From assembly GCF_009914755.1 (NCBI RefSeq), contig NC_060927.1: a stretch of 64,000 nt of DNA. One strand, written 5' to 3'. The notes under the pieces are model-generated. The model was not told the origin of the DNA. It did not search any database and worked only from the letters and a program-made list of their open reading frames with translations. This stretch comes from the human T2T-CHM13v2.0 reference genome, Homo sapiens. Both the position numbers and the translations under genes were made by a program. Shown here in pieces: positions 22,906-37,900 of the stretch (its first letter is position 1; each line of letters opens with the position of its first letter).

Positions 22906-25900
22906 CACAAAAAGAAGTTACTGAGAATTCTTCTGTCTAGCATTATATGAAAAATCCCGTTTCCAACGAAGGCCACAAAGAGGTCCAAATATCCACTTGC
23001 AGATTCTGCAAAAAGAGTGTTTCCAAACTGCTCTATGAAAAGAAACGTTAAACTCTGTGAGTTGAACGCAAACATCACAAAGTAGTTTCTGAGAATGACT
23101 CCGTCTAGTTTTTATACGAAGATATTTCCTTTTCTACCATTCACTTCAAAGCGCTTGAAGTCTCCCCCTGAAAATTCCACAAAAAGTGTTTCCAATCTGC
23201 TCCGCCTAAAGGAAGCTTCAACTCTGTGACTTGAATACCCACAACCCAAAGAAGTTACTGAGAATTCTTCTGTCTAGCATTATATGAAGAAATCCCGTTT
23301 CCAACGAAGGCCTCAAATACATCCAAATATCCAGTTGCTGACTTTACAAACTGAGTGTTTCCAAACTGCTCTATGAAAAGAAAGGTTAAACACTGTGAGT
23401 TGAACACACACGTACCAAAGTAGTTTCTGAGAATGATTCTGTCTAGTTTGCATACGAAGATATTTCCTTTTCTACCATTGGCCTCAAAGCTTTGAAATCT
23501 CCACTTGCAAATTCCACAAAAAGAGAGTTTCAACTCTGCTGTTTCTAAAGGAAAGTTCAACTCTGAGAGTTGAATACACACCAGAAAAAGCAGTTACTGA
23601 GAAGTCTTCTGTCTAGCATTATATGAAGAAATCCCATTTCCAACGAAGACTTCAAAGAGGTCCAAATATCCACTTGCAGATTCTGCAAAAAGAGTGTTTC
23701 GAAACAACTGTATGAAAAGAAAGGTTAAACACTGTGAGTTGAACGCACACATTGCAGAGCAGTTTCTGAGAATGATTCCGTCTAATTATTATACGAAGGT
23801 ATTTCCTTTTCTATCATTGGCCTCAAAGCGCTTGATACCTCCACCTGAAAATTCCACAAAAAGAGTGTTTCCAATCTACTCTGTCTAAAGGAACGTTCAA
23901 CTCCGTGAGTTGAATACACACACACAGAAAGAATTCACTGAGAATTCTTCTGTCTGGCATTACATGAAGAAATCCCGTTTCCAACGAAGGCCTCAAAGAG
24001 GTCCAAATATCCACTTGCAGATTCTGCAAAAAGAGTGTTTCAAAACCGCTCCATTAAAAGGAATGTTGAACTCTGTGAGTTGAATGCAAACATCACAACT
24101 CAGTTTCTGAGAATGCTTCTGACTAGATTTTATGGTAAGATATTTCCTTTTCTACCGTAGGCTTCAATGCCCTGTAAATACACCCTTGCAAATTCTACAA
24201 AGAGACTGTTTCATAACTGCTCTATAGGAGGAAAGGTTCAACTCTGTGAGTTGAATGCAGAGATCACAACGTGGTTTCTGCGAATGATTCTTTGTAGTTT
24301 TTACATGAAGATATTTCGTTGTCTACCGTAGGCTTCAAAGCATTCAAAGTATTCACTTGGAACTTTTACAAAAAGAGTGTTAGAAAACTGCTCTTTCCAA
24401 AGTAAGGTTCAACTCTGTGAGTTGAATGCACACATAACAAACAAGAAGTTTCTGAGAATTCTTCTGTCCTGGTTTATATGAAGAAATCCCGTTTCCAACG
24501 AAGGCCTCAAAGACGTTTAAATATCCACTTGCAGACTTCACAAACAGAGTGTTTCCAAACTGCTCTATGAAAAGAAAGGGTAAACACTGTGAGTTGAACG
24601 CACACCTCACAAAGTAGTTTCTGAGAATGATACTGTCTAGTTTTTATACGAAGATATTTCCTTTTGTACCATTGGCCTCATACTGCTAGAATTTTCCACT
24701 TGCAAATTCCACAAAAAGAGTGTTTCCAATCTGCTCTGTCTAAAGGAAGGTTCAACTCTGTGAGTTGAGTACACACACACAAAGAAGCTACTGAGAATTC
24801 TTTTGTCAAGAATTATAAGAAGAAATCCCGTTTCCAACCAAGGCCTCAAAGAGTTCCAAATATCCACTTGCACACTGCACAAACTAAGTCTTTCCATACT
24901 GCTCTATGCAAAGAAATGTTCAACTCTGTGAGTTTAATACACACATCACAAAGCAGTTTCTGAGAATGATACTGTCTAGTTTTTATACGAAGATATTTCC
25001 TTTTGTACCATTGGCCTCATACTGCTAGAATTTTCCACTTGCAAATTCCACAAAAAGAGTGTTTCCAATCCGCTCTGTCTAAAGGAAGGTTCAACTCTCT
25101 GATTTGAATACATACATCCCAAAAGAAGTTACTGAGAATTCTTCTGTCTAGCATTATGTGAAGAAATCCCGTTTCCAACGAAAGCCTCAAAGAGGCCCAA
25201 ATATCCAGTTGCAGCATTTACAAACTGACTGTTTCCAAACTCATCTATGAAAAGAAAGGTTAAACTCTGTGAGTTGAATGCACATATCACAAAGTAGTTC
25301 CTGAGAATGATTCTGTCTAGTTTTTATACGAAGATATTTCCTTTTCCACCAATGGCCTCAAAGTGCTTGAAATCTCCCCTTGCAAATTCCACAGACAAGT
25401 GTCTCAAATCTGCACTGTCTAAAGGAAGGTTCAACCCTGTGAGTTGAATACACACACACAGAAAAAAATTCACTGAGAATTCTATTGTCTATCATTACAC
25501 GAAGAAATCCCGTTTACTAAGAAGGCCTCAAAGAGGTCCAAATATCCAGCTGCAGACATTACAAACTGAGTGTTTCCAAAGTGCTCTATGAAAAGAAGTG
25601 TTAAACACTGTGAGTTCAATGCACACATCCCAAAGCAGTTTCTGAGAATGATTCCGTCTATTTTTTCTACGAAGATATTTCCTTTTCTACCGTTGGCCTC
25701 AAAGCGCTTGAAATCTCCACTTGCAAATTCCACAAAAAGAGAGTTTCAAATCTGCTCTGTCTAAAGGAAGGTTCAACTCTGTGAGTTGAATACACACCAC
25801 AAAAAGAAGTTACTGAGAATTCTTCTGTCTAGCATTATATGAAAAATCCCGTTTCCAACGAAGGCCACAAAGAGGTCTAAATATCCACTTGCAGATTCTG

Positions 25901-28900
25901 CAAAAAGAGTGTTTCCAAACTGCTCTATGAAAAGAAACGTTAAACTCTGTGAGTTGAACGCAAACATCACAAAGTAGTTTCTGAGAATGACTCCGTCTAG
26001 TTTTTATACGAAGATATTTCCTTTTCTACCATTCACTTCAAAGCGCTTGAAGTCTCCCCCTGAAAATTCCACAAAAAGTGTTTCCAATCTGCTCCGCCTA
26101 AAGGAAGCTTCAACTCTGTGAGTTGAATACCCACAACCCAAAGAAGTTACTGAGAATTCTTCTGTCTAGCATTATATGAAGAAATCCCGTTTCCAACGAA
26201 GGCCTCAAATACATCCAAATATCCAGTTGCTGACTTTACAAACTGAGTGTTTCCAAACTGCTCTATGAAAAGAAAGGTTAAACACTGTGAGTTGAACACA
26301 CACGTACCAAAGTAGTTTCTGAGAATGATTCTGTCTAGTTTGCATACGAAGATATTTCCTTTTCTACCATTGGCCTCAAAGCTTTGAAATCTCCACTTGC
26401 AAATTCCACAAAAAGAGAGTTTCAACTCTGCTGTTTCTAAAGGAAAGTTCAACTCTGAGAGTTGAATACACACCAGAAAAAGCAGTTACTGAGAAGTCTT
26501 CTGTCTAGCATTATATGAAGAAATCCCATTTCCAACGAAGACTTCAAAGAGGTCCAAATATCCACTTGCAGATTCTGCAAAAAGAGTGTTTCGAAACAAC
26601 TGTATGAAAAGAAAGGTTAAACACTGTGAGTTGAACGCACACATTGCAGAGCAGTTTCTGAGAATGATTCCGTCTAATTATTATACGAAGGTATTTCCTT
26701 TTCTATCATTGGCCTCAAAGCGCTTGATACCTCCACCTGAAAATTCCACAAAAAGAGTGTTTCCAATCTACTCTGTCTAAAGGAACGTTCAACTCCGTGA
26801 GTTGAATACACACACACAGAAAGAATTCACTGAGAATTCTTCTGTCTGGCATTACATGAAGAAATCCCGTTTCCAACGAAGGCCTCAAAGAGGTCCAAAT
26901 ATCCACTTGCAGATTCTGCAAAAAGAGTGTTTCAAAACCGCTCCATTAAAAGGAATGTTGAACTCTGTGAGTTGAATGCAAACATCACAACTCAGTTTCT
27001 GAGAATGCTTCTGACTAGATTTTATGGTAAGATATTTCCTTTTCTACCGTAGGCTTCAATGCCCTGTAAATACACCCTTGCAAATTCTACAAAGAGACTG
27101 TTTCATAACTGCTCTATAGGAGGAAAGGTTCAACTCTGTGAGTTGAATGCAGAGATCACAACGTGGTTTCTGCGAATGATTCTTTGTAGTTTTTACATGA
27201 AGATATTTCGTTGTCTACCGTAGGCTTCAAAGCACTCAAAGTATTCACTTGGAACTTTTACAAAAAGAGTGTTAGAAAACTGCTCTTTCCAAAGTAAGGT
27301 TCAACTCTGTGAGTTGAATGCACACATAACAAACAAGAAGTTTCTGAGAATTCTTCTGTCCTGGTTTATACGAAGAAATCGCGTTTCCAACGAAGACCTC
27401 AAAGACGTTTAAATATCCACTTGCAGACTTCACAAACAGAGTGTTTCCAAACTGCTCTATGAAAAGAAAGGGTAAACACTGTGAGTTGAACGCACACCTC
27501 ACAAAGTAGTTTCTGAGAATGATACTGTCTAGTTTTTATACGAAGATATTTCCTTTTGTACCATTGGCCTCATACTGCTAGAATTTTCCACTTGCAAATT
27601 CCACAAAAAGAGTGTTTCCAATCTGCTCTGTCTAAAGGAAGGTTCAACTCTGTGAGTTGAGTACACACACACAAAGAAGCTACTGAGAATTCTTTTGTCA
27701 AGAATTATAAGAAGAAATCCCGTTTCCAACCAAGGCCTCAAAGAGTTCCAAATATCCACTTGCACACTGCACAAACTAAGTCTTTCCATACTGCTCTATG
27801 CAAAGAAATGTTCAAATCTGTGAGTTTAATACACACATCACAAAGCAGTTTCTGAGAATGATACTGTCTAGTTTTTATACGAAGATATTTCCTTTTGTAC
27901 CATTGGCCTCATACTGCCAGAATTTTCCACTTGCAAATTCCACAAAAAGAGTGTTTCCAATCCGCTCTGTCTAAAGGAAGGTTCAACTCTCTGATTTGAA
28001 TACATACATCCCAAAAGAAGTTACTGAGAATTCTTCTGTCTAGCATTATGTGAAGAAATCCCGTTTCCAACGAAAGCCTCAAAGAGGCCCAAATATCCAG
28101 TTGCAGCATTTACAAACTGACTGTTTCCAAACTCATCTATGAAAAGAAAGGTTAAACTCTGTGAGTTGAATGCACATATCACAAAGTAGTTCCTGAGAAT
28201 GATTCTGTCTAGTTTTTATACGAAGATATTTCCTTTTCCACCAATGGCCTCAAAGTGCTTGAAATCTCCCCTTGCAAATTCCACAGACAAGTGTCTCAAA
28301 TCTGCACTGTCTAAAGGAAGGTTCAACCCTGTGAGTTGAATACACACACACAGAAAAAAATTCACTGAGAATTCTATTGTCTATCATTACACGAAGAAAT
28401 CCCGTTTACTACGAAGGCCTCAAAGAGGTCCAAATATCCAGCTGCAGACATTACAAACTGAGTGTTTCCAAAGTGCTCTATGAAAAGAAGTGTTAAACAC
28501 TGTGAGTTCAATGCACACATCCCAAAGCAGTTTCTGAGAATGATTCCGTCTATTTTTTCTACGAAGATATTTCCTTTTCTACCGTTGGCCTCAAAGCGCT
28601 TGAAATCTCCACTTGCAAATTCCACAAAAAGAGAGTTTCAAATCTGCTCTGTCTAAAGGAAGGTTCAACTCTGTGAGTTGAATACACACCACAAAAAGAA
28701 GTTACTGAGAATTCTTCTGTCTAGCATTATATGAAAAATCCCGTTTCCAACGAAGGCCACAAAGAGGTCCAAATATCCACTTGCAGATTCTGCAAAAAGA
28801 GTGTTTCCAAACTGCTCTATGAAAAGAAACGTTAAACTCTGTGAGTTGAACGCAAACATCACAAAGTAGTTTCTGAGAATGACTCCGTCTAGTTTTTATA

Positions 28901-31900
28901 CGAAGATATTTCCTTTTCTACCATTCACTTCAAAGCGCTTGAAGTCTCCCCCTGAAAATTCCACAAAAAGTGTTTCCAATCTGCTCCGCCTAAAGGAAGC
29001 TTCAACTCTGTGAGTTGAATACCCACAACCCAAAGAAGTTACTGAGAATTCTTCTGTCTAGCATTATATGAAGAAATCCCGTTTCCAACGAAGGCCTCAA
29101 ATACATCCAAATATCCAGTTGCTGACTTTACAAACTGAGTGTTTCCAAACTGCTCTATGAAAAGAAAGGTTAAACACTGTGAGTTGAACACACACGTACC
29201 AAAGTAGTTTCTGAGAATGATTCTGTCTAGTTTGCATATGAAGATATTTCCTTTTCTACCATTGGCCTCAAAGCTTTGAAATCTCCACTTGCAAATTCCA
29301 CAAAAAGAGAGTTTCAACTCTGCTGTTTCTAAAGGAAAGTTCAACTCTGAGAGTTGAATACACACCAGAAAAAGCAGTTACTGAGAAGTCTTCTGTCTAG
29401 CATTATATGAAGAAATCCAATTTCCAACGAAGACTTCAAAGAGGTCCAAATATCCACTTGCAGATTCTGCAAAAAGAGTGTTTCGAAACAACTGTATGAA
29501 AAGAAAGGTTAAACACTGTGAGTTGAACGCACACATTGCAGAGCAGTTTCTGAGAATGATTCCGTCTAATTATTATACGAAGGTATTTCCTTTTCTATCA
29601 TTGGCCTCAAAGCGCTTGATACCTCCACCTGAAAATTCCACAAAAAGAGTGTTTCCAATCTACTCTGTCTAAAGGAACGTTCAACTCCGTGAGTTGAATA
29701 CACACACACAGAAAGAATTCACTGAGAATTCTTCTGTCTGGCATTACATGAAGAAATCCCGTTTCCAACGAAGGCCTCAAAGAGGTCCAAATATCCACTT
29801 GCAGATTCTGCAAAAAGAGTGTTTCAAAACCGCTCCATTAAAAGGAATGTTGAACTCTGTGAGTTGAATGCAAACATCACAACTCAGTTTCTGAGAATGC
29901 TTCTGACTAGATTTTATGGTAAGATATTTCCTTTTCTACCGTAGGCTTCAATGCCCTGTAAATACACCCTTGCAAATTCTACAAAGAGACTGTTTCATAA
30001 CTGCTCTATAGGAGGAAAGGTTCAACTCTGTGAGTTGAATGCAGAGATCACAACGTGGTTTCTGCGAATGATTCTTTGTAGTTTTTACATGAAGATATTT
30101 CGTTGTCTACCGTAGGCTTCAAAGCATTCAAAGTATTCACTTGGAACTTTTACAAAAAGAGTGTTAGAAAACTGCTCTTTCCAAAGTAAGGTTCAACTCT
30201 GTGAGTTGAATGCACACATAACAAACAAGAAGTTTCTGAGAATTCTTCTGTCCTGGTTTATATGAAGAAATCCCGTTTCCAACGAAGGCCTCAAAGACGT
30301 TTAAATATCCACTTGCAGACTTCACAAACAGAGTGTTTCCAAACTGCTCTATGAAAAGAAAGGGTAAACACTGTGAGTTGAACGCACACCTCACAAAGTA
30401 GTTTCTGAGAATGATACTGTCTAGTTTTTATACGAAGATATTTCCTTTTGTACCATTGGCCTCATACTGCTAGAATTTTCCACTTGCAAATTCCACAAAA
30501 AGAGTGTTTCCAATCTGCTCTGTCTAAAGGAAGGTTCAACTCTGTGAGTTGAGTACACACACACAAAGAAGCTACTGAGAATTCTTTTGTCAAGAATTAT
30601 AAGAAGAAATCCCGTTTCCAACCAAGGCCTCAAAGAGTTCCAAATATCCACTTGCACACTGCACAAACTAAGTCTTTCCATACTGCTCTATGCAAAGAAA
30701 TGTTCAACTCTGTGAGTTTAATACACACATCACAAAGCAGTTTCTGAGAATGATACTGTCTAGTTTTTATACGAAGATATTTCCTTTTGTACCATTGGCC
30801 TCATACTGCTAGAATTTTCCACTTGCAAATTCCACAAAAAGAGTGTTTCCAATCCGCTCTGTCTAAAGGAAGGTTCAACTCTCTGATTTGAATACATACA
30901 TCCCAAAAGAAGTTACTGAGAATTCTTCTGTCTAGCATTATGTGAAGAAATCCCGTTTCCAACGAAAGCCTCAAAGAGGCCCAAATATCCAGTTGCAGCA
31001 TTTACAAACTGACTGTTTCCAAACTCATCTATGAAAAGAAAGGTTAAACTCTGTGAGTTGAATGCACATATCACAAAGTAGTTCCTGAGAATGATTCTGT
31101 CTAGTTTTTATACGAAGATATTTCCTTTTCCACCAATGGCCTCAAAGTGCTTGAAATCTCCCCTTGCAAATTCCACAGACAAGTGTCTCAAATCTGCACT
31201 GTCTAAAGGAAGGTTCAACCCTGTGAGTTGAATACACACACACAGAAAAAAATTCACTGAGAATTCTATTGTCTATCATTACACGAAGAAATCCCGTTTA
31301 CTACGAAGGCCTCAAAGAGGTCCAAATATCCAGCTGCAGACATTACAAACTGAGTGTTTCCAAAGTGCTCTATGAAAAGAAGTGTTAAACACTGTGAGTT
31401 CAATGCACACATCCCAAAGCAGTTTCTGAGAATGATTCCGTCTATTTTTTCTACGAAGATATTTCCTTTTCTACCGTTGGCCTCAAAGCGCTTGAAATCT
31501 CCACTTGCAAATTCCACAAAAAGAGAGTTTCAAATCTGCTCTGTCTAAAGGAAGGTTCAACTCTGTGAGTTGAATACACACCACAAAAAGAAGTTACTGA
31601 GAATTCTTCTGTCTAGCATTATATGAAAAATCCCGTTTCCAACGAAGGCCACAAAGAGGTCCAAATATCCACTTGCAGATTCTGCAAAAAGAGTGTTTCC
31701 AAACTGCTCTATGAAAAGAAACGTTAAACTCTGTGAGTTGAACGCAAACATCACAAAGTAGTTTCTGAGAATGACTCCGTCTAGTTTTTATACGAAGATA
31801 TTTCCTTTTCTACCATTCACTTCAAAGCGCTTGAAGTCTCCCCCTGAAAATTCCACAAAAAGTGTTTCCAATCTGCTCCGCCTAAAGGAAGCTTCAACTC

Positions 31901-34900
31901 TGTGAGTTGAATACCCACAACCCAAAGAAGTTACTGAGAATTCTTCTGTCTAGCATTATATGAAGAAATCCCGTTTCCAACGAAGGCCTCAAATACATCC
32001 AAATATCCAGTTGCTGACTTTACAAACTGAGTGTTTCCAAACTGCTCTATGAAAAGAAAGGTTAAACACTGTGAGTTGAACACACACGTACCAAAGTAGT
32101 TTCTGAGAATGATTCTGTCTAGTTTGCATACGAAGATATTTCCTTTTCTACCATTGGCCTCAAAGCTTTGAAATCTCCACTTGCAAATTCCACAAAAAGA
32201 GAGTTTCAACTCTGCTGATTCTAAAGGAAAGTTCAACTCTGAGAGTTGAATACACACCAGAAAAAGCAGTTACTGAGAAGTCTTCTGTCTAGCATTATAT
32301 GAAGAAATCCCATTTCCAACGAAGACTTCAAAGAGGTCCAAATATCCACTTGCAGATTCTGCAAAAAGAGTGTTTCGAAACAACTGTATGAAAAGAAAGG
32401 TTAAACACTGTGAGTTGAACGCACACATTGCAGAGCAGTTTCTGAGAATGATTCCGTCTAATTATTATACGAAGGTATTTCCTTTTCTATCATTGGCCTC
32501 AAAGCGCTTGATACCTCCACCTGAAAATTCCACAAAAAGAGTGTTTCCAATCTACTCTGTCTAAAGGAACGTTCAACTCTGTGAGTTGAATACACACACA
32601 CAGAAAGAATTCACTGAGAATTCTTCTGTCTGGCATTACATGAAGAAATCCCGTTTCCAACGAAGGCCTCAAAGAGGTCCAAATATCCACTTGCAGATTC
32701 TGCAAAAAGAGTGTTTCAAAACCGCTCCATTAAAAGGAATGTTGAACTCTGTGAGTTGAATGCAAACATCACAACTCAGTTGCTGAGAATGCTTCTGACT
32801 AGATTTTATGGTAAGATATTTCCTTTTCTACCGTAGGCTTCAATGCCCTGTAAATACACCCTTGCAAATTCAACAAAGAGACTGTTTCATAACTGCTCTA
32901 TAGGAGGAAAAGTTCAACTCTGTGAGTTGAATGCAGAGATCACAACGTGGTTTCTGCGAATGATTCTTTGTAGTTTTTACATGAAGATATTTCGTTGTCT
33001 ACCGTAGGCTTCAAAGCACTCAAAGTATTCACTTGGAACTTTTACAAAAAGAGTGTTAGAAAACTGCTCTTTCCAAGGTAAGGTTCAACTCTGTGAGTTG
33101 AATGCACACATAACAAACAAGAAGTTTCTGAGAATTCTTCTGTCCTGGTTTATATGAAGAAATCCCGTTTCCAACGAAGGCCTCAAAGACGTTTAAATAT
33201 CCACTTGCAGACTTCACAAACAGAGTGTTTCCAAACTGCTCTATGAAAAGAAAGGGTAAACACTGTGAGTTGAACGCACACCTCACAAAGTAGTTTCTGA
33301 GAATGATACTGTCTAGTTTTTATACGAAGATATTTCCTTTTGTACCATTGGCCTCATACTGCTAGAATTTTCCACTTGCAAATTCCACAAAAAGAGTGTT
33401 TCCAATCTGCTCTGTCTAAAGGAAGGTTCAACTCTGTGAGTTGAGTACACACACACAAAGAAGCTACTGAGAATTCTTTTGTCAAGAATTATAAGAAGAA
33501 ATCCCGTTTCCAACCAAGGCCTCAAAGAGTTCCAAATATCCACTTGCACACTGCACAAACTAAGTCTTTCCAAACTGCTCTATGCAAAGAAATGTTCAAC
33601 TCTGTGAGTTTAATACACACATCACAAAGCAGTTTCTGAGAATGATACTGTCTAGTTTTTATACGAAGATATTTCCTTTTGTACCATTGGCCTCATACTG
33701 CTAGAATTTTCCACTTGCAAATTCCACAAAAAGAGTGTTTCCAATCCGCTCTGTCTAAAGGAAGGTTCAACTCTCTGATTTGAATACATACATCCCAAAA
33801 GAAGTTACTGAGAATTCTTCTGTCTAGCATTATGTGAAGAAATCCCGTTTCCAACGAAAGCCTCAAAGAGGCCCAAATATCCAGTTGCAGAATTTACAAA
33901 CTGACTGTTTCCAAACTCATCTATGAAAAGAAAGGTTAAACTCTGTGAGTTGAATGCACATATCACAAAGTAGTTCCTGAGAATGATTCTGTCTAGTTTT
34001 TATACGAAGATATTTCCTTTTCCACCAATGGCCTCAGAGTGCTTGAAATCTCCCCTTGCAAATTCCACAGACAAGTGTTTCAAATCTGCACTGTCTAAAG
34101 GAAGGTTCAACCCTGTGAGTTGAATACACACACAGAGAAAAAAATTCACTGAGAATTCTATTGTCTATCATTACACGAAGAAATCCCGTTTACTACGAAG
34201 GCCTCAAAGAGGTCCAAATATCCAGCTGCAGACATTACAAACTGAGTGTTTCCAAAGTGCTCTATGAAAAGAAGTGTTAAACACTGTGAGTTCAATGCAC
34301 ACATCCCAAAGCAGTTTCTGAGAATGATTCCGTCTATTTTTTCTACGAAGATATTTCCTTTTCTGCCGTTGGCCTCAAAGCGCTTGAAATCTCCACTTGC
34401 AAATTCCACAAAAAGAGAGTTTCAAATCTGCTCTGTCTAAAGGAAGGTTCAACTCTGTGAGTTGAATACACACCACAAAAAGAAGTTACTGAGAATTCTT
34501 CTGTCTAGCATTATATGAAAAATCCCGTTTCCAACGAAGGCCACAAAGAGGTCCAAATATCCACTTGCAGATTCTGCAAAAAGAGTGTTTCCAAACTGCT
34601 CTATGAAAAGAAACGTTAAACTCTGTGAGTTGAACGCAAACATCACAAAGTAGTTTCTGAGAATGACTCCGTCTAGTTTTTATACGAAGATATTTCCTTT
34701 CCTACCATTCACTTCAAAGCGCTTGAAGTCTCACCCTGAAAATTCCACAAAAAGTGTTTCCAATCTGCTCCGCCTAAAGGAAGCTTCAACTCTGTGACTT
34801 GAATACCCACAACCCAAAGAAGTTACTGAGAATTCTTCTGTCTAGCACTATATGAAGAAATCCCGTTTCCAACGAAGGCCTCAAATACATCCAAATATCC

Positions 34901-37900
34901 AGTTGCTGACTTTACAAACTGAGTGTTTCCAAACTGCTCTATGAAAAGAAAGGTTAAACACTGTGAGTTGAACACACACGTACCAAAGTAGTTTCTGAGA
35001 ATGATTCTGTCTAGTTTGCATACGAAGATATTTCCTTTTCTACCATTGGCCTCAAAGCTTTGAAATCTCCACTTGCAAATTCCACAAAAAGAGAGTTTCA
35101 ACTCTGCTGTTTCTAAAGGAAAGTTCAACTCTGAGAGTTGAATACACACCAGAAAAAGCAGTTACTGAGAAGTCTTCTGTCTAGCATTATATGAAGAAAT
35201 CCCATTTCCAACGAAGACTTCAAAGAGGTCCAAATATCCACTTGCAGATTCTGCAAAAAGAGTGTTTCGAAACAACTGTATGAAAAGAAAGGTTAAACAC
35301 TGTGAGTTGAACGCACACATTGCAGAGCAGTTTCTGAGAATGATTCCGTCTAATTATTATACGAAGGTATTTCCTTTTCTATCATTGGCCTCAAAGCGCT
35401 TGATACCTCCACCTGAAAATTCCACAAAAAGAGTGTTTCCAATCTACTCTGTCTAAAGGAACGTTCAACTCTGTGAGTTGAATACACACACACAGAAAGA
35501 ATTCACTGAGAATTCTTCTGTCTGGCATTACATGAAGAAATCCCGTTTCCAACGAAGGCCTCAAAGAGGTCCAAATATCCACTTGCAGATTCTGCAAAAA
35601 GAGTGTTTCAAAACCGCTCCATTAAAAGGAATGTTGAACTCTGTGAGTTGAATGCAAACATCACAACTCAGTTTCTGAGAATGCTTCTGACTAGATTTTA
35701 TGGTAAGATATTTCCTTTTCTACCGTAGGCTTCAATGCCCTGTAAATACACCCTTGCAAATTCTACAAAGAGACTGTTTCATAACTGCTCTACAAGAGGA
35801 AAGGTTCAACTCTGTGAGTTGAATGCAGAGATCACAACGTGGTTTCTGCGAATGATTCTTTGTAGTTTTTACATGAAGATATTTCGTTGTCTACCGTAGG
35901 CTTCAAAGCACTCAAAGTATTCACTTGGAACTTTTACAAAAAGAGTGTTAGAAAACTGCTCTTTCCAAAGTAAGGTTCAACTCTGTGAGTTGAATGCACA
36001 CATAACAAACAAGAAGTTTCTGAGAATTCTTCTGTCCTGGTTTATATGAAGAAATCCCGTTTCCAACGAAGGCCTCAAAGACGTTTAAATATCCACTTGC
36101 AGACTTCACAAACAGAGTGTTTCCAAACTGCTCTATGAAAAGAAAGGGTAAACACTGTGAGTTGAACGCACACCTCACAAAGTAGTTTCTGAGAATGATA
36201 CTGTCTAGTTTTTATACGAAGATATTTCCTTTTGTACCATTGGCCTCATACTGCTAGAATTTTCCACTTGCAAATTCCACAAAAAGAGTGTTTCCAATCT
36301 GCTCTGTCTAAAGGAAGGTTCAACTCTGTGAGTTGAGTACACACACACAAAGAAGCTACTGAGAATTCTTTTGTCAAGAATTATAAGAAGAAATCCCGTT
36401 TCCAACCAAGGCCTCAAAGAGTTCCAAATATCCACTTGCACACTGCACAAACTAAGTCTTTCCATACTGCTCTATGCAAAGAAATGTTCAAATCTGTGAG
36501 TTTAATACACACATCACAAAGCAGTTTCTGAGAATGATACTGTCTAGTTTTTATACGAAGATATTTCCTTTTGTACCATTGGCCTCATACTGCTAGAATT
36601 TTCCACTTGCAAATTCCACAAAAAGAGTGTTTCCAATCCGCTCTGTCTAAAGGAAGGTTCAACTCTCTGATTTGAATACATACATCCCAAAAGAAGTTAC
36701 TGAGAATTCTTCTGTCTAGCATTATGTGAAGAAATCCCGTTTCCAACGAAAGCCTCAAAGAGGCCCAAATATCCAGTTGCAGCATTTACAAACTGACTGT
36801 TTCCAAACTCATCTATGAAAAGAAAGGTTAAACTCTGTGAGTTGAATGCACATATCACAAAGTAGTTCCTGAGAATGATTCTGTCTAGTTTTTATACGAA
36901 GATATTTCCTTTTCCACCAATGGCCTCAAAGTGCTTGAAATCTCCCCTTGCAAATTCCACAGACAAGTGTCTCAAATCTGCACTGTCTAAAGGAAGGTTC
37001 AACCCTGTGAGTTGAATACACACACACAGAAAAAAATTCACTGAGAATTCTATTGTCTATCATTACACGAAGAAATCCCGTTTACTACGAAGGCCTCAAA
37101 GAGGTCCAAATATCCAGCTGCAGACATTACAAACTGAGTGTTTCCAAAGTGCTCTATGAAAAGAAGTGTTAAACACTGTGAGTTCAATGCACACATCCCA
37201 AAGCAGTTTCTGAGAATGATTCCGTCTATTTTTTCTACGAAGATATTTCCTTTTCTACCGTTGGCCTCAAAGCGCTTGAAATCTCCACTTGCAAATTCCA
37301 CAAAAAGAGAGTTTCAAATCTGCTCTGTCTAAAGGAAGGTTCAACTCTGTGAGTTGAATACACACCACAAAAAGAAGTTACTGAGAATTCTTCTGTCTAG
37401 CATTATATGAAAAATCCCGTTTCCAACGAAGGCCACAAAGAGGTCCAAATATCCACTTGCAGATTCTGCAAAAAGAGTGTTTCCAAACTGCTCTATGAAA
37501 AGAAACGTTAAACTCTGTGAGTTGAACGCAAACATCACAAAGTAGTTTCTGAGAATGACTCCGTCTAGTTTTTATACGAAGATATTTCCTTTCCTACCAT
37601 TCAATTCAAAGCGCTTGAAGTCTCACCCTGAAAATTCCACAAAAAGTGTTTCCAATCTGCTCCGCCTAAAGGAAGCTTCAACTCTGTGAGTTGAATACCC
37701 ACAACCCAAAGAAGTTACTGAGAATTCTTCTGTCTAGCATTATATGAAGAAATCCCGTTTCCAACGAAGGCCTCAAATACATCCAAATATCCAGTTGCTG
37801 ACTTTACAAACTGAGTGTTTCCAAACTGCTCTATGAAAAGAAAGGTTAAACACTGTGAGTTGAACACACACGTACCAAAGTAGTTTCTGAGAATGATTCT

